A DNA stretch of 63,502 nucleotides, filler included, from Circinaria calcarea (taxonomy: Eukaryota): NCBI GenBank assembly GCA_051942165.1. It is 17 parts of 17 records of this genome, joined end to end, with 100 filler letters (N's around TTAATTAATTAA, not from the genome) between each part and the next. Parts side by side here need not be neighbours in the genome. Positions count along the whole stretch, not along the records: positions 48,681 to 52,315 come from JAVECS010002708.1; positions 52,416 to 56,045 come from JAVECS010002709.1; positions 56,146 to 59,774 come from JAVECS010002710.1; positions 59,875 to 63,502 come from JAVECS010002711.1; 13 more parts are not named here. One strand, 5' to 3'. Both the position numbers and the translations under genes were made by a program. A model generated the notes under the pieces. The model saw only the letters and a list, made by a program, of their open reading frames with translations. It searched no databases and was not told the origin of the DNA. Shown piece by piece: positions 49,154 to 61,152 of this stretch; position 1 is the first letter of the stretch, and every line of letters begins with the position of its first letter.

Positions 49154-52153
49154 CTACAATTCATCCTTTACCTGTCCCTTCCCAGTTGGCTCCTCCGGCA
49201 CCTCCGGCACCTCAGTCGCTGCCGATCCTGCATCACTTGCTGTGGTCGAGTTGGTATCACTAACCGTGGTCGAAGACTTCGTGCTCTTACTCTTCTTCGC
49301 CGGTTTGGTCTTGCTCGTCTTGGGTTTATTCGAGCTCTTAGGTTTAGGGGGCACCTTCATCTTTCTGGAAAGCAGGCCCACAATAACCTTATTTAAGTCC
49401 TTGGACTTTGCCGCCATCTCTGACGATAGAAGGACCGGGTCATCGGTGGGCGACAGCTTCTTCTGTTCCGCCAGCTTCTCATCAAACCATGATTCGATAG
49501 TTGTGTATGCATTAGTCAAGTCGTCAAGGTCCTTTTCAGAGTATACAGGCGTTTCTGGTATCTTTGTGCTTGCCGGTGGTGCACTGGTGGTCGTCGGCTC
49601 ATCATCGAGATCAGCAAAGTCATCCACGACCGAAGAGGTTGTTGTAGCCTGAGAAAGGGATTCCGAAGACGAGGATTCCGAAGATGACGATGCTTCTGCT
49701 GCTGCTATCGAAGCTTTCTCCACTTGTTCTCGCATGACGCCAACCAACGTCCGAGTCTGCTCCAAGACTTGCTGTAGCAACTTGACCTCCTGCGGCCTCT
49801 TAATTGCTTCGTCCTTACGCTTCTGTATCGGATCCACGAGATCTCTAAGCTCCTTTAGTCGCAATTTTAGAGTCTCCCTATTGGCCTCCGCTCCATCGCC
49901 GTAAAGCCACTCACTGGTGCTCCTGAACTTTTCTTCAATCGTAGCACGCTCCGTTTCGGTTGACGCTGCAACAAACCCATCGTCTTCCAATAGGTCCCGC
50001 GCCTTATAGGTAAATGCTTCCAACGTATTCAAGGCTTCCTCACGTAATTTACGTGATCGATCCGAAGAATCGAACGAAGCCATTCTATCCTTGATGCGCC
50101 TCATTTCTGCGGAGCTAATCTGTGGTAAGCCGATGGGAGTGGTTGTAAACTCAACAAAAATGGTTTCGGTCTTTCTCTTGACATCTTTTGCTTTCTCGTC
50201 ACTCTTCGCGGCAGAGGTCTTTGGCTCAGAAGTTTTGCTCTCTAGTGGAGACAAAGTAGAAGATGACTTTACGTCGGTTTCAGACGATGTAAGATCCGCA
50301 TCATCATCATCTGACAGTGGTGCTTGATCGCCCTTTTTCGAACCAAATCCAAAAAACCCCTTAACGTCATCTACAACTCCTCCTTTCTTCTCCAAGTCTG
50401 TCGTCTCACAGCTCACAGAGCCACGGATAACCTCAGGAAGGCCGTCAGTAGGACTCAAACGCATTGCAAATTTAGTACTGATATTCGACACAGAACAGCC
50501 AAACTTATCTGTCAAATCCTTGACCGAGGCCGTGAGGTTCTTAGTTTGTACTTGTATTACGGGAACGTCTCTCGCAGATGATGAACCCTCCAAAATCTGC
50601 TGGTGGAGACTGAAGGAGAAGTCTTCAGTATTAGACTTGAAGGGTATCTGTTTCTCTGCCCCAACCTGGGAAGTTGGCAGAAAGAGTTTCTGCTGCCTCT
50701 CTTTCCCATCAGATGGCCATGATAAGCTGACAGCATGTACGGCAATGTCTGAAGCTTTGATCTCTTTGACTCGGAAGCTAGGACTAATCCCTGCAGCTTT
50801 AAATGCTGCTCCAAATACGGCAGCCTCATCGGAATTGACATTCGTCCTTATCTTTTCGGCGCTGCCTGTCACAGCTTCCAACTGCTTTTGAACAAATGGA
50901 GTCCGAACAGCGCCACCATGCAAGATGATGGACTCGAGATCGGCCAATTCTAGTTTAGCCATGCCTAGCGCTTGACTGATAGGAGTACGCGTCCGTTCCA
51001 GGTACACGGCTGTGAGCTCCTCGAATTCACTACGTGTCAATTTGTACTTGAAATTGACATCTTCATGGTGAAGACCTTCGAAGCTAGAAGATGTTTCGCT
51101 ATTCGCGCTCAGTACCTGTCGCATGCGCTCTGCTTCTTTCCATAGCTTCGCTATTGTTCTTCCGTTTTGTTTGACAAGCTCCACCCCTGCACCTAAGGAC
51201 TTCATTTGGTTCGTGGTAACGAACTTGCCAATCATGTCATCCAATATGGCCGCGTTAAACGCATCTCCTCCAAGAGTCTTGTCCCATCCGACGCCCATAA
51301 CCTGCACCTCTTGTATGGTCTTGTTGAACTTTCCCACATCTTTAACAGTTTTTCCTTGAAACCTCAAAATTGTTGCGGTAGTAGATCCAGCACCCATGTC
51401 GTAGACTAGATGATACTCCGGTTTGGCGCCTTCACTTGGGACTGGAAACGTCCTGGATGTGGCGTAGTTGAGACCGACTGATAGTCCATCTGTGATCAAT
51501 GCCAGGATTCGGAGCCCAGCCAGATCTGCTGCTGCTTCTATTGCCCTCTTTTCTTCTGCTGTATAGAATGCTGGGACTGTAATGACAACATCCCTGATTG
51601 TCGAGCCTTTGCCGGCAAAAGCTTCGGCATTGCCCTTAATATTCTGCAGTTCCATCGCCAGAAGTTCTTCTACCTTGAATGAATCCTCTTTCCCGCCTAA
51701 TATCTCGGTAGTGAACCCCACAGTTCCCAGACTCTTATCCTCCAACACGTGCAGCCTTGGATGTCTTGATTCATATTCGGCCACGACTGGATGGTCCTTC
51801 TTGCTCAAGCCCAGAAGAGGTTTGAGATTCGAGTAGATGTCGCCTGGGAATCTAGCAGACAAAGCTAATGCATCCCCTCCATACACCCTCTCAGGGAAAA
51901 GATCAGAATCTGACGACGACGACTTCGATTTCAATGGTTTGAATCCAACAGCGGCTGCTTCTTTCCGTTTGGAGTCTTTGGTCAAGATAATTTCGAGCGG
52001 GATGCCTGGCTTCACTAAGGCGGCCTTGATATACTCCGTTCCAAGGTCGATTCCCAAAACCGCAGAAGCTGCCGAAGCTGTGGATATATAGATCACTATA
52101 AGGAAGAACAGGATGAGTGGGCTGGCATTGCGCCGACGACCTGGGGGTGGCAT
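49154..52153 (-). CDS. LHS1: ER-lumenal Hsp70-like nucleotide exchange factor (Grp170/Lhs1), 999 aa, intronless
   Basis: Signal peptide, VLGIDLGTEYIK, YDMGAGST, LGGD, NSDEAAVFGA, C-terminal KDEL. Confidence 0.95.
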   Translation of the reverse strand: MPPPGRRRNASPLILFFLIVIYISTASAASAVLGIDLGTEYIKAALVKPGIPLEIILTKDSKRKEAAAVGFKPLKSKSSSSDSDLFPERVYGGDALALSARFPGDIYSNLKPLLGLSKKDHPVVAEYESRHPRLHVLEDKSLGTVGFTTEILGGKEDSFKVEELLAMELQNIKGNAEAFAGKGSTIRDVVITVPAFYTAEEKRAIEAAADLAGLRILALITDGLSVGLNYATSRTFPVPSEGAKPEYHLVYDMGAGSTTATILRFQGKTVKDVGKFNKTIQEVQVMGVGWDKTLGGDAFNAAILDDMIGKFVTTNQMKSLGAGVELVKQNGRTIAKLWKEAERMRQVLSANSETSSSFEGLHHEDVNFKYKLTRSEFEELTAVYLERTRTPISQALGMAKLELADLESIILHGGAVRTPFVQKQLEAVTGSAEKIRTNVNSDEAAVFGAAFKAAGISPSFRVKEIKASDIAVHAVSLSWPSDGKERQQKLFLPTSQVGAEKQIPFKSNTEDFSFSLHQQILEGSSSARDVPVIQVQTKNLTASVKDLTDKFGCSVSNISTKFAMRLSPTDGLPEVIRGSVSCETTDLEKKGGVVDDVKGFFGFGSKKGDQAPLSDDDDADLTSSETDVKSSSTLSPLESKTSEPKTSAAKSDEKAKDVKRKTETIFVEFTTTPIGLPQISSAEMRRIKDRMASFDSSDRSRKLREEALNTLEAFTYKARDLLEDDGFVAASTETERATIEEKFRSTSEWLYGDGAEANRETLKLRLKELRDLVDPIQKRKDEAIKRPQEVKLLQQVLEQTRTLVGVMREQVEKASIAAAEASSSSESSSSESLSQATTTSSVVDDFADLDDEPTTTSAPPASTKIPETPVYSEKDLDDLTNAYTTIESWFDEKLAEQKKLSPTDDPVLLSSEMAAKSKDLNKVIVGLLSRKMKVPPKPKSSNKPKTSKTKPAKKSKSTKSSTTVSDTNSTTASDAGSAATEVPEVPEEPTGKGQVKDEL

Positions 52154-53442
52154 GTTGTGGAGGTGAGGAAGACGAAGGGCTGTCTAAGAAGCTTCTCAAG
52201 GGGGTCTTATGGGTAACTCTAGAGTATACGACAGCTTCGGATATGATTGAACATGGGCAACGGAAATGACAGGATGCGCCCTTTGCGAGCAGTCGGGAAG
52301 ACCATCTTTCAGCACNNNNNNNNNNNNNNNNNNNNNNNNNNNNNNNNNNNNNNNNNNNNTTAATTAATTAANNNNNNNNNNNNNNNNNNNNNNNNNNNNN
52401 NNNNNNNNNNNNNNNGGGAAATAATCAGCTTGCGACTCATACCCGTTTCTACTCGCTCAAAGATCTCTCACTCACCTCTATCACCCTTTTTCGAAAGGGG
52501 AAGAATGACACATAAGCTCCGCGACTTCCTTCGCGGTTATCTCATATGTTTACCCCCAGATTGAAAACAGGAAGACGTGGCAGTAGGAAAGATGGAGAGT
52601 GCTTTGGAAACATTTGCATGGGGAAACTGATGGCTTGCCGGGGCTACTGTGGATACTTTATCTGATGGACCTCCCTTCGGGGTGACCCGGGTGATTTAGC
52701 GTTTTGTAGCTTTGGGAGATGGTCAGATATTAGATTGTGAGAATCGAAAGATCTGCGGCCACCCTAACTGGTCTCTCGTCCCTTGTACCCGTGACAGTGA
52801 CCCGTAGCTTTTACTGTAGTGGGAGGTAAAATCATTCATCTCTGATTTCCCCCCTTTTATCTCGGCAAGAACCCTCGCAGTTACAAATCCGGGACCTCTT
52901 GCTCCTTTTTTTTCCCCAGCTCCTAGACGGCTGACGGGTGGTAGATACACTTTAGGGTATGTTACGGGCTATGGCTTGATGTACAAGACTCGGTCTATAA
53001 GGCTCGGAGGGTACCTATTTACGAACATATAGAGTGGTGTTTGCCAGAGATGAGCGTATGCTCGGCTAATTGGTGTGCCGCCCGCCTACCATACCGTATT
53101 TATTTCAGCCTTACCATATGGTACCGGTATTCTAGTGCGCAATGTACCGCAGTCACTTCCAGCAGTCTAGGAGATACCAACCTTCAGACCGAAACAAAAA
53201 AATATAGTACATATCGCGTGGCTCTGGGTATTTACTTTATACACCCTTTGAAAATCGTCAACTTCCATCGCTGAGTTGAGACCTTCTTCTTTAGCCCAAG
53301 TTATTGGAAACCTATTAGGCCCAAGGCTTTGCGCGTGAGTTAATGGTTATAAGACGACGAAGTCTTGCAAGGAAAACAGCATTAGAAGTCCAAAGATTTG
53401 ATCCTTCTGCCCAGGTCCACACTAGTGTCTTTTCCAATCGCG

Positions 53443-55021
53443 ATGCCACCGTGGGTTTTGCGCCAGACAAACATCTTTTACTGGCTCAACCGCCAGCCCA
53501 TTGCATCCGCGGCCACAGTGACTTTCCCTTTTCCTTTCTTATTTGATTCCGAAGTAACCGCTACTTCTATCGGTTCTAAGAGAGTCCGGTATCGACAGAC
53601 TCATCTGGAATACTGGATTGATTGTCAGCCAATCCAGGCCCTTTCATCAGCATTCTCCTTTTTGGATTTCCCCAGAGGTACGTATTACGCTCCGTAGAGA
53701 TAGTGCCACCTGTATAGAGCTGCTGGCCTAATACTTTCTTGAACAAGAGCTTCGTGATGAGATTTACAGACTGCTGTACCCCATCGACCCCCCACCATAC
53801 CGAGATGGGGTTGATATCACCACCCGACTCTACGAGGATGGAGTATGGTACTGGGAACAGGATTGGCCGTCTATCTCTTTTCTTCTGACGTGTCGGACAG
53901 TCTACACGGAAGCAATACCTTTTTATTACGGTCACCAGAGATTCTGCTTTACGCTGCCATCTAAATTTCATCGACACTTGGTCTACGACTGGGTAAATCA
54001 TGACAGTCCTCTGATCTGGTTAAATAAAATTGGCTCTCGGAACTGCGAGTACATCCGTCATATCTCCATCAAGTTCGAAACGGACTATGTAGGTAGTGCT
54101 GGGAACCCAGACTACCTGGTTATGACTGAACTGGTGTGTCGGCTGATTAGACGACTTCCCGGACTAGAGAGTCTCTCTTTTGAGTTCGGCAGAAGTGATG
54201 ATTCGCCCCGTGATCCACCGGTTATTGTCCTCGCTGCCACGGAATCCCTTTCCAAACTCAGATACCTCTTTGCCTCGGTCATGCGCCACGGGTTAGTTGA
54301 TAACTCTCCAGTCGCCGAACTGCTGAAAAGAAGGTCAGCGCTACGGAACCCCTGCTATAGAGGAATCATGGAAGGCAGGATAACGGCATCATACCTCGAG
54401 GGTCCTGGATCCCTTGCGCTCTATGATGGCGCCGCGTACAGTATGCCCCGAGAACAACGTGTATCCAAATTCTGGCGGGATGTGGCGCCGATGAAAGAAT
54501 TAGAGATTGAGAACCAGATTACGCCACTGGAAATAAGGGCCATTCAAGTATCCCAAAAGGCCAACCTCGAGAACCTTGTCCTATTCGTCTTCAGAGACGC
54601 TATGTCGTCGGAACTTGCCAAAACTTTAAAGGGGTGCGTGAGAAGTATGGAGAAACTAAGATATTTAACCCTCCTTCCAAATTGCGCTTGGGCGACAGAA
54701 CGCGGACCGGTCCTACCTTGGCATCTCGACTCGTCCTTACTCACCTGCCTTCCACCAAGTATGGAAACTACTCTCCTGGTTCTGAGAGTGTCTGACCAGT
54801 CGGCATGTGAGTTACATTACGACACTTTGATTTCCCGATGCAAGAAGTTGCAACGCTTTCGCTGCGGGCATCTTGACGAGTCTGGTATGTTAGGATACCT
54901 AGAACCGCCACAGTCCGGTGTGGCGAAGTTGATCCACGCCGGAGTGGAAGCAAGTCTTTTTGATAGTTGGCATTATGCGCATTACACGCCACTTTCCGAA
55001 TCTGGGACGTGGCGTTACTAG
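53443..55021 (+). CDS. F-box-like/LRR-like protein, 2 exons (intron 53678-53747)
   Basis: Splicing gives FSFLDFPRELRDEIYRLL..FLLTCRTVYTEAIPFYYG..IG..IRHISI and continues in frame into ORF 53978..55021. Confidence 0.75.
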
Positions 55022-55914
55022 GCAACTATCGAGTGCGATGTATAAGGGATCACAGTCTACTCGTTTCGTGGTAGTGCCAAATCGACCACGATTTCCTGCA
55101 CACTGGCTCGAATAGCGGATCAGCATTCATCTGAAAATTCCGCTTTTCATCCAGCAAATTGCTTTCTGTTGGTAGGTGTTTTCAAACAGATAATCTATGG
55201 ACTGAAGTTTATCCCTATTCACAGCAAAGCCTTCCTCCATGTTTGAAAGAATAGGGGCAAAATGTGCATGAATGGCTGTTTGGTATGTGCGGGCTGTAGC
55301 TAAGCACTGTGGGCATACAGAGCTGCGCAAAGTGACCTCGCCACCATTGTCACAACTGCGATATAGCTATCTAGAACCGACCCTGGCGCGCAGGGCCCCT
55401 CACTGACTTTTCAAACACTCCACTGCTACCGCAACCAATCCCCATATCCGCATGACCCAAACCGAGAACTCGCTCGCCCAATCCTTGCTGCACGCTCCGA
55501 TCAGCCCCCTATCCATCCTCCATCAAGCATCATCCAGCTCTCACCTACCAATAAAATATCGTCCCCATCTATTTCACCCATTCCCTTAAACATTCTCTCA
55601 AACCTTAGCACAAGTATCACCTTTCCCTCCCCCCCCTCAGACAACCAAACTTCTTCCCAACACCAAAGCTCCCCCATTTCCCATTTCCCATTTCCCTTCT
55701 CCACTCTCCCAGAAGGGAACCCTCACCCCGATTCCGACAACCTTCTTGAATAAAAACTATATCAAAATCGGAATTTCAATTCGGAAAGGGGCTGGTTGTT
55801 ACATACAACACCCGGTCTGTGTGGAGATCTGGCACGGATGGTTGGGGGGTGGGGCGGGGAAAGAGTGGGTTCTTCGAATCCGGATCTAGATTGGGGATCG
55901 GGACCGGAAGGGAA

Positions 55915-56045
55915 ATGAGATGAGGTGATGAGATGAGGTGATGAGATGAGGTGATGAGATGAGGTGATGAGATGAGGTGATGAGATGAGGTGATGAGATG
56001 AGGTGATGAGATGAGGTGATGAGATGAGGTGATGAGATGAGGTGA
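55915..56045. repeat. 13-bp minisatellite (ATGAGATGAGGTG)n, ~10 units, running off the contig end
   Basis: Perfect tandem copies. Confidence 0.95.
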
Positions 56046-56145
56046 NNNNNNNNNNNNNNNNNNNNNNNNNNNNNNNNNNNNNNNNNNNNTTAATTAATTA
56101 ANNNNNNNNNNNNNNNNNNNNNNNNNNNNNNNNNNNNNNNNNNNN

Positions 56146-56910
56146 AGAGTTGCCATCAACCCAGAGCACCCTCTGATCATCGCCGGCGAATGGATTGGTG
56201 CAGCAATCCAGAAAGGAGTCGCCATAGCTTCCCTCTCCAAGCGTTTTGTTATAATCTCGGTCTCCATCAACAACACCTGGCTTCCCAACTTTTCCTACGC
56301 TTCCATCCACAATGAACCTGCAGGCATATACAACATCTCACGTGCCGGATTTTACTACCAGTCTCTTGACCTTAACAACATACCAACGTCCACGGAAACT
56401 CTGCAGACCAGGACGAACGAAGTCGAGAGAGAATGCCCTTTTGCCAAAACCTTTGGCATCTCCGGCATTGGGGAGGGGATAGTCTGGAAAGCCACTACTC
56501 CACTCCTGTCCGGTCCCGACTTCTGGCTCAAGACGAAAGGGTCGTTGCATACAGTCACCAACTCCGCAACACTTCCCAAAGACACCATTAGCCTGGAGCA
56601 GAAGCAGCGAGCCGCGGTCTTCGCAAGAGCTATTGTGACGGAGATGCGCCTGAAACAAGGGTGGGACTACCTGGCAGAGACAGGGGTCGAACAGAGTAAG
56701 AGAGGAGTGAAGACCTTTTTGGATTGGATCTTGCAGGACTGCGAGACGGAAGAGAAGAGGGAGATTGAAGAAAAGGAAATTGGCCGTCGATTGCTGAAAT
56801 CGGAGATTGCTTCCATGGGGAGGCAGTGGTATTTTCGGCGCATGGAAGAAAAGGAAATGGAGGGGAAAGAAAAGGCAGTCCTAAGGGGTATAGAAGCGTT
56901 GACGGTATAG
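56146..56910 (+). CDS. Rnl2-family ATP-dependent RNA ligase, 3' 254 aa (5' truncated)
   Basis: Frame open from the contig start: IIAGEWIGAAIQKGV (motif III), KRFVII (IIIa), GEGIVWK (IV), WLKTKG (V), and a C-domain VTEMRL..ILQDCETEE. Confidence 0.82.
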   Translation, partial: RVAINPEHPLIIAGEWIGAAIQKGVAIASLSKRFVIISVSINNTWLPNFSYASIHNEPAGIYNISRAGFYYQSLDLNNIPTSTETLQTRTNEVERECPFAKTFGISGIGEGIVWKATTPLLSGPDFWLKTKGSLHTVTNSATLPKDTISLEQKQRAAVFARAIVTEMRLKQGWDYLAETGVEQSKRGVKTFLDWILQDCETEEKREIEEKEIGRRLLKSEIASMGRQWYFRRMEEKEMEGKEKAVLRGIEALTV

Positions 56911-56996
56911 AATAGAATAGAAAGTAGAATAGAGAGAATTGTGACGTCTTGATACCGCTTTGCTTTTCAATGCTTTTCGAGACCTTGCATTCGGTA

Positions 56997-57139
56997 TCCC
57001 TTAAACTGTTGCTCAGGCATCATGGACCGTGCGTTTGTTGAACGGACCAAATTCTGGCCCGTGCCCACCTAGCTGGCCAATACTAACCCTGTATCCAATA
57101 AACGCACGGTCCATGATGCCTGAGCAACAGTTTAAGGGA
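56997..57139. mobile_element. Putative MITE, 143 bp, long perfect inverted repeats, TA-flanked
   Basis: 56993-57036 is the exact reverse complement of 57100-57143 (44 bp including flanking GGTA/TACC). Confidence 0.75.
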
Positions 57140-59874
57140 TACCCATCAAGTTGAAACTTTGATCAAACTTGAATGACCGCTGGAATAAGACCGGCCCTGA
57201 CTCCGTACTCGGAGAAGTCAACGCACGTGCCCGCACGGGAGCCAAGATTAGCGCTGTGTCTGTGCCCGCTCTCGCCGCTTTACTCGAAAAGGTTCTGCAC
57301 AAACAATTTTACCTTGGCTGCCTGCGAACGAACGTCGGTTTGCATCTCATCATTGATCACCAAGGGTGAATGGGCTCCTGGCTGACGATACCTTGACGAT
57401 ACCTTGACGATTTCCTGACCTTCACACTCCGAGAGCTTGGGCTATGCTCGGGCAAAGGTCTCGCGAGTTGATATCGCTGTGGGGTACTGCAACTGCGGGC
57501 CGAATAGACTCCTGCTTACTGGACTTGTCGGATACAGAGTTCTCATCCTGAGAACGGGCAATGTAGTACTTGTGTTACAAATACGATACAAGATTTTTAA
57601 TACGTACAGTTGCGTTCTACAACCAAGGTTCCGGCCCCATATCTGTGTTGTGTAGGGAAATGGAACGTTTGAGCCATTACAACTGGACTATCCCTTGTGA
57701 GAATCTAACAGTATAAAAAACTCCCTGACAGCAAATTGGGTGTTAGCATAGGGAGCTTTGGTATGCTTCTCCATGTTTCGCAGCTCCTAGCATGTGCTAT
57801 TATCGTGAAAACCTAACTAATTACTATACATGGACTCGAGTCAGATGAGGCTTTAAGCTAATAATACCAGCAAGTAATGAGACACCCGACGCAATAAAGA
57901 GTGTATTAGGTCAAGCTCATGGTGGATGGAAGGCGAAAGGGGTCTTCCGCACGAGAAACAATGCGGTTGGAGCGACGTGTCATCCCATTCTGAAGCCAAA
58001 TTGGGTCGATGTATAAAGCAAAATTGAGAGGGATAGCTCTTCCTATAAGTTCGTGGCTGCTTCCTCCTACTGGGACCATGGGGAATTGATATATGCATTC
58101 TGAACAGGGTAGAACATGGCTAGGACCCATATCCGGAGTATTTTTGAACAAAAGAGAAATTCCCCCGCACCTACCTGCGGATCGTCGCTGAACATGTCCA
58201 GGTCGATGGACCGTTGTTCCATTTCGAAGGGCTCAAATGATGGATGGCCAACGAACCTGTTGACGCTTGGAAATGGCTCATTGTGTTCTACCGGTATGTC
58301 AGTATTGCCTAGAGGAAGTTCACTGTGGCCTAATGGTTGGCCATCGCTGCCTGGTGGCGGTCCATTGAAGCCTGGGAATAATACAGATCTTTGCTGTATG
58401 TTGGCACCTTGGTCATGACTAGACTCTGTCAATGCCCTCTCGAGCTCTTGCCGTTCGGGTACCTGACCCGTTTCAGACCACCATATGGGATAGAGTGAAG
58501 AGTCAGCGGCTTCGATCCTTGACCAAAGTTAGCGATGGACCAATTCAAATCCGTCTACCTTCCCTACCATCTAAGATGGGAAGTTTGTCCGAGATTGCTG
58601 TCCTCGGGAAAGCTGTTCTCGGGAAAGTCGTTCTCCTGTGTTGAGGGTTTCCTATTGATAAAGATACCTCTAACTGAAGAGCCGCTGATGAGTGATCAGT
58701 TTGGTGAAATACACACCAGCCACCTCAGTGCTTACAAGGACTGTTGTCTATACGCGTCGCTGTGCGCCACAGCATCCATGGGACTTTGGGGTTCTCCTTG
58801 TGAACTCATATTTGGCCGTTCGCTAAGCCTAGGCTTACGAAATCCCCACTGACGTCGTAGGCTTGCTCATTGTCATTCTCTAAGCACGGAGAGAAGTATT
58901 AATATTTAAGCATGATTGGAATTTAATTCATGCTTGGACTAACCGACGTCAAGAATGTACACGTCTCTAAACCTCCGTTGCACTTCGGGCAAAGTAAGGT
59001 CTTGCTTAATGTACCAATCTTTGAATTGAGCTTTATATAGCTCAAGCTCCTTGGTTGCTGCGGTTCGCACACCGCAAGAATTTGACCTTAGACTCGCCAT
59101 TGCCTGAGGCTATGTGTACAGTGAGGACTGTAAAGTGGAGAGAATCACTACGGCAATATTCTCACAAGACGATGCACTGCATACAACACTGATTTTTCTG
59201 GCGAAAGGACGGGTATTTATACCCCTCGGCCAAGCTCACGAGTTATTAAAACTAAGTTGGCGCTTCCAAGCTCACTCTATTGATATCCTGGGGAATACCC
59301 AAGTGACCATTCAGCTGCCCGACACTTATATCAATTGGCTCTATTTTCTGAGCTTGCAGCAGGCCATTAGACACAGAGTGTTATAATCGCATTTATGGTA
59401 CTAAGCAATGCACTCATGAGTCTCTAAGTTTAATCAAGGGGCGGGTCTTCTATTTTTAAACGGGCATGTAATTCGAGGGAGCGTCATGTAAATTAAAAAG
59501 GGCATCGTCCATTCCCGGAGGTTTTATTGTCCGCGCCTTGTAATCACGCCGCATCCCAGTCGCAATAACGCCGATTTTGAAAAGATCCTTCAAATTCGTC
59601 TTCCTCACCTAGATACACAGCGGGGCCTCCACCAGATAAATTCAAACCCTTTTACGGAAACCAATCATCCCCCCATCCACCGTTCACCTTCATAGCTAAA
59701 CTCCCCCTTCCCACCAAAGAAAATCCCCTAAAAAAAATGGCCCAAGCCCCCCTCAAATCCAAAAAACCCTCCTCNNNNNNNNNNNNNNNNNNNNNNNNNN
59801 NNNNNNNNNNNNNNNNNNTTAATTAATTAANNNNNNNNNNNNNNNNNNNNNNNNNNNNNNNNNNNNNNNNNNNN

Positions 59875-60654
59875 TTCCATATGTGATCCAGAAAGCCACT
59901 ACGATACCAGACACGATGCTGAACTCCTCGAGGACCAAGAGTGCTCCTCGAATTTCCGGAGGACTGATTTCTGAAATGTACAGCGGAGCTACCATGCTGA
60001 GCATGCCGACACCAACACCTCCAATCAACCGCGCGATCACGAGCATCGAATAGTCAATGGCCGCAGTCTGGAGGATTGAACCTAGGGTGAAGATGCACAC
60101 GGCTGCAAAGATGGAGTACTTTCTTGAATACTTGTCCGCAATCCAGCCTTGATTGAGGGCACCGATAAAGGCTCCTAGTTCAATCATTGCGGTCAACAAA
60201 CCCTTCCATAACCCAGAGCCAGCGATATTCCCAGAGACCCTGTTGAAGCGCGCAAGAAATTGTGGCATGACAAGGATAATCGACACCACCCCTTGACTGA
60301 GAGAGGTCAATTGGTCGTCCAGAAATAGGGGGCCATGAAGCCTACTTACTCATAGCCAAATACCTGTTGGATAATCAACATATTAACCAGGAATTTAAAT
60401 GTGGGGGTGGTATCATTACTAAACCCCCCAAGGTCGCAAACGCGGCACACAGCGCAGCATAGTGGTTTGCGAAGATTCCCTGGAACCCTACCCAGGTCAA
60501 CTTCCATACCAGAGGCCTTCGCCTTTACAAACAGCGTACCTGAACCTCCATAGGTCACTCGAGGTTCCCCAACGGCTTCAGTATGGTGGACAAAGGCATC
60601 ATCGCCATTGAATTGCGGGCCGACTTCATCAGTCTTTTTGTTTGTAGTCGCCAT
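59875..60654 (-). CDS. MFS sugar porter, 5' part, multi-exon
   Basis: FATLGGL/VFGYD/QGVVS, ADKYSRK, ARLIGGVGVG, PLYISEISPPEIRG. Confidence 0.92.
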
Positions 60655-61152
60655 CACGATTAGTTACTTTTCTGGTATTCAGAGCTGGAAAACCTTGGGA
60701 TACTAGATATCTTGATGAGAGTTTCGATTATTCCATGACTTGACCCCGCAAAGGCCGACATGTTTTACGCGAGCCCGTCACTGTTGACAACGTCACTGAG
60801 CATCTGCATGACCGGCCAATTTTCTCGATGCGGATAGCCAAAAGGTTGATGCCGAGGATAGCCTTTTTGACCATCCTTCTCTACGAACCATCATCTCATC
60901 AGGTGGAACCTAGCGCAGTGATCAAGACTCGTTGCCCAGTCGGATGTATTGCAGTGTACAAGCCCCTAGTTTTTTGCGATTAGCTAACGGCCACTCCCGT
61001 TAGCTGATCCATACCCATAACCCACATTCTCTATAGATATTAGCCCAACGACGGTTTGCCCAGTGTCTCGGAATAGCCCACATCAAGCAACGTCTATTCG
61101 GTCGACCCCGCGTGTTGTTAAAGCATTCGTCTAGCATGTCGGGCGTGCAGTA

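Noticed and set aside
49047..52199. Many short ORFs overlapping LHS1 (and similar ones over other genes)
   Set aside because: Antisense or alternate-frame shadows of real coding sequence.
57853..58432. Minus-strand ORF MTESSHDQG.. with a possible intron
   Set aside because: Low-complexity, stops soon after, no family signal.
59737..59774. MAQAPLKSKKPS as the start of a small basic protein gene
   Set aside because: Only 12 codons before the contig ends.
3655..59874. Regularly spaced TTAATTAATTAA as a biological repeat or CRISPR-like array
   Set aside because: Always embedded in 44-N pads; it is an assembly linker.
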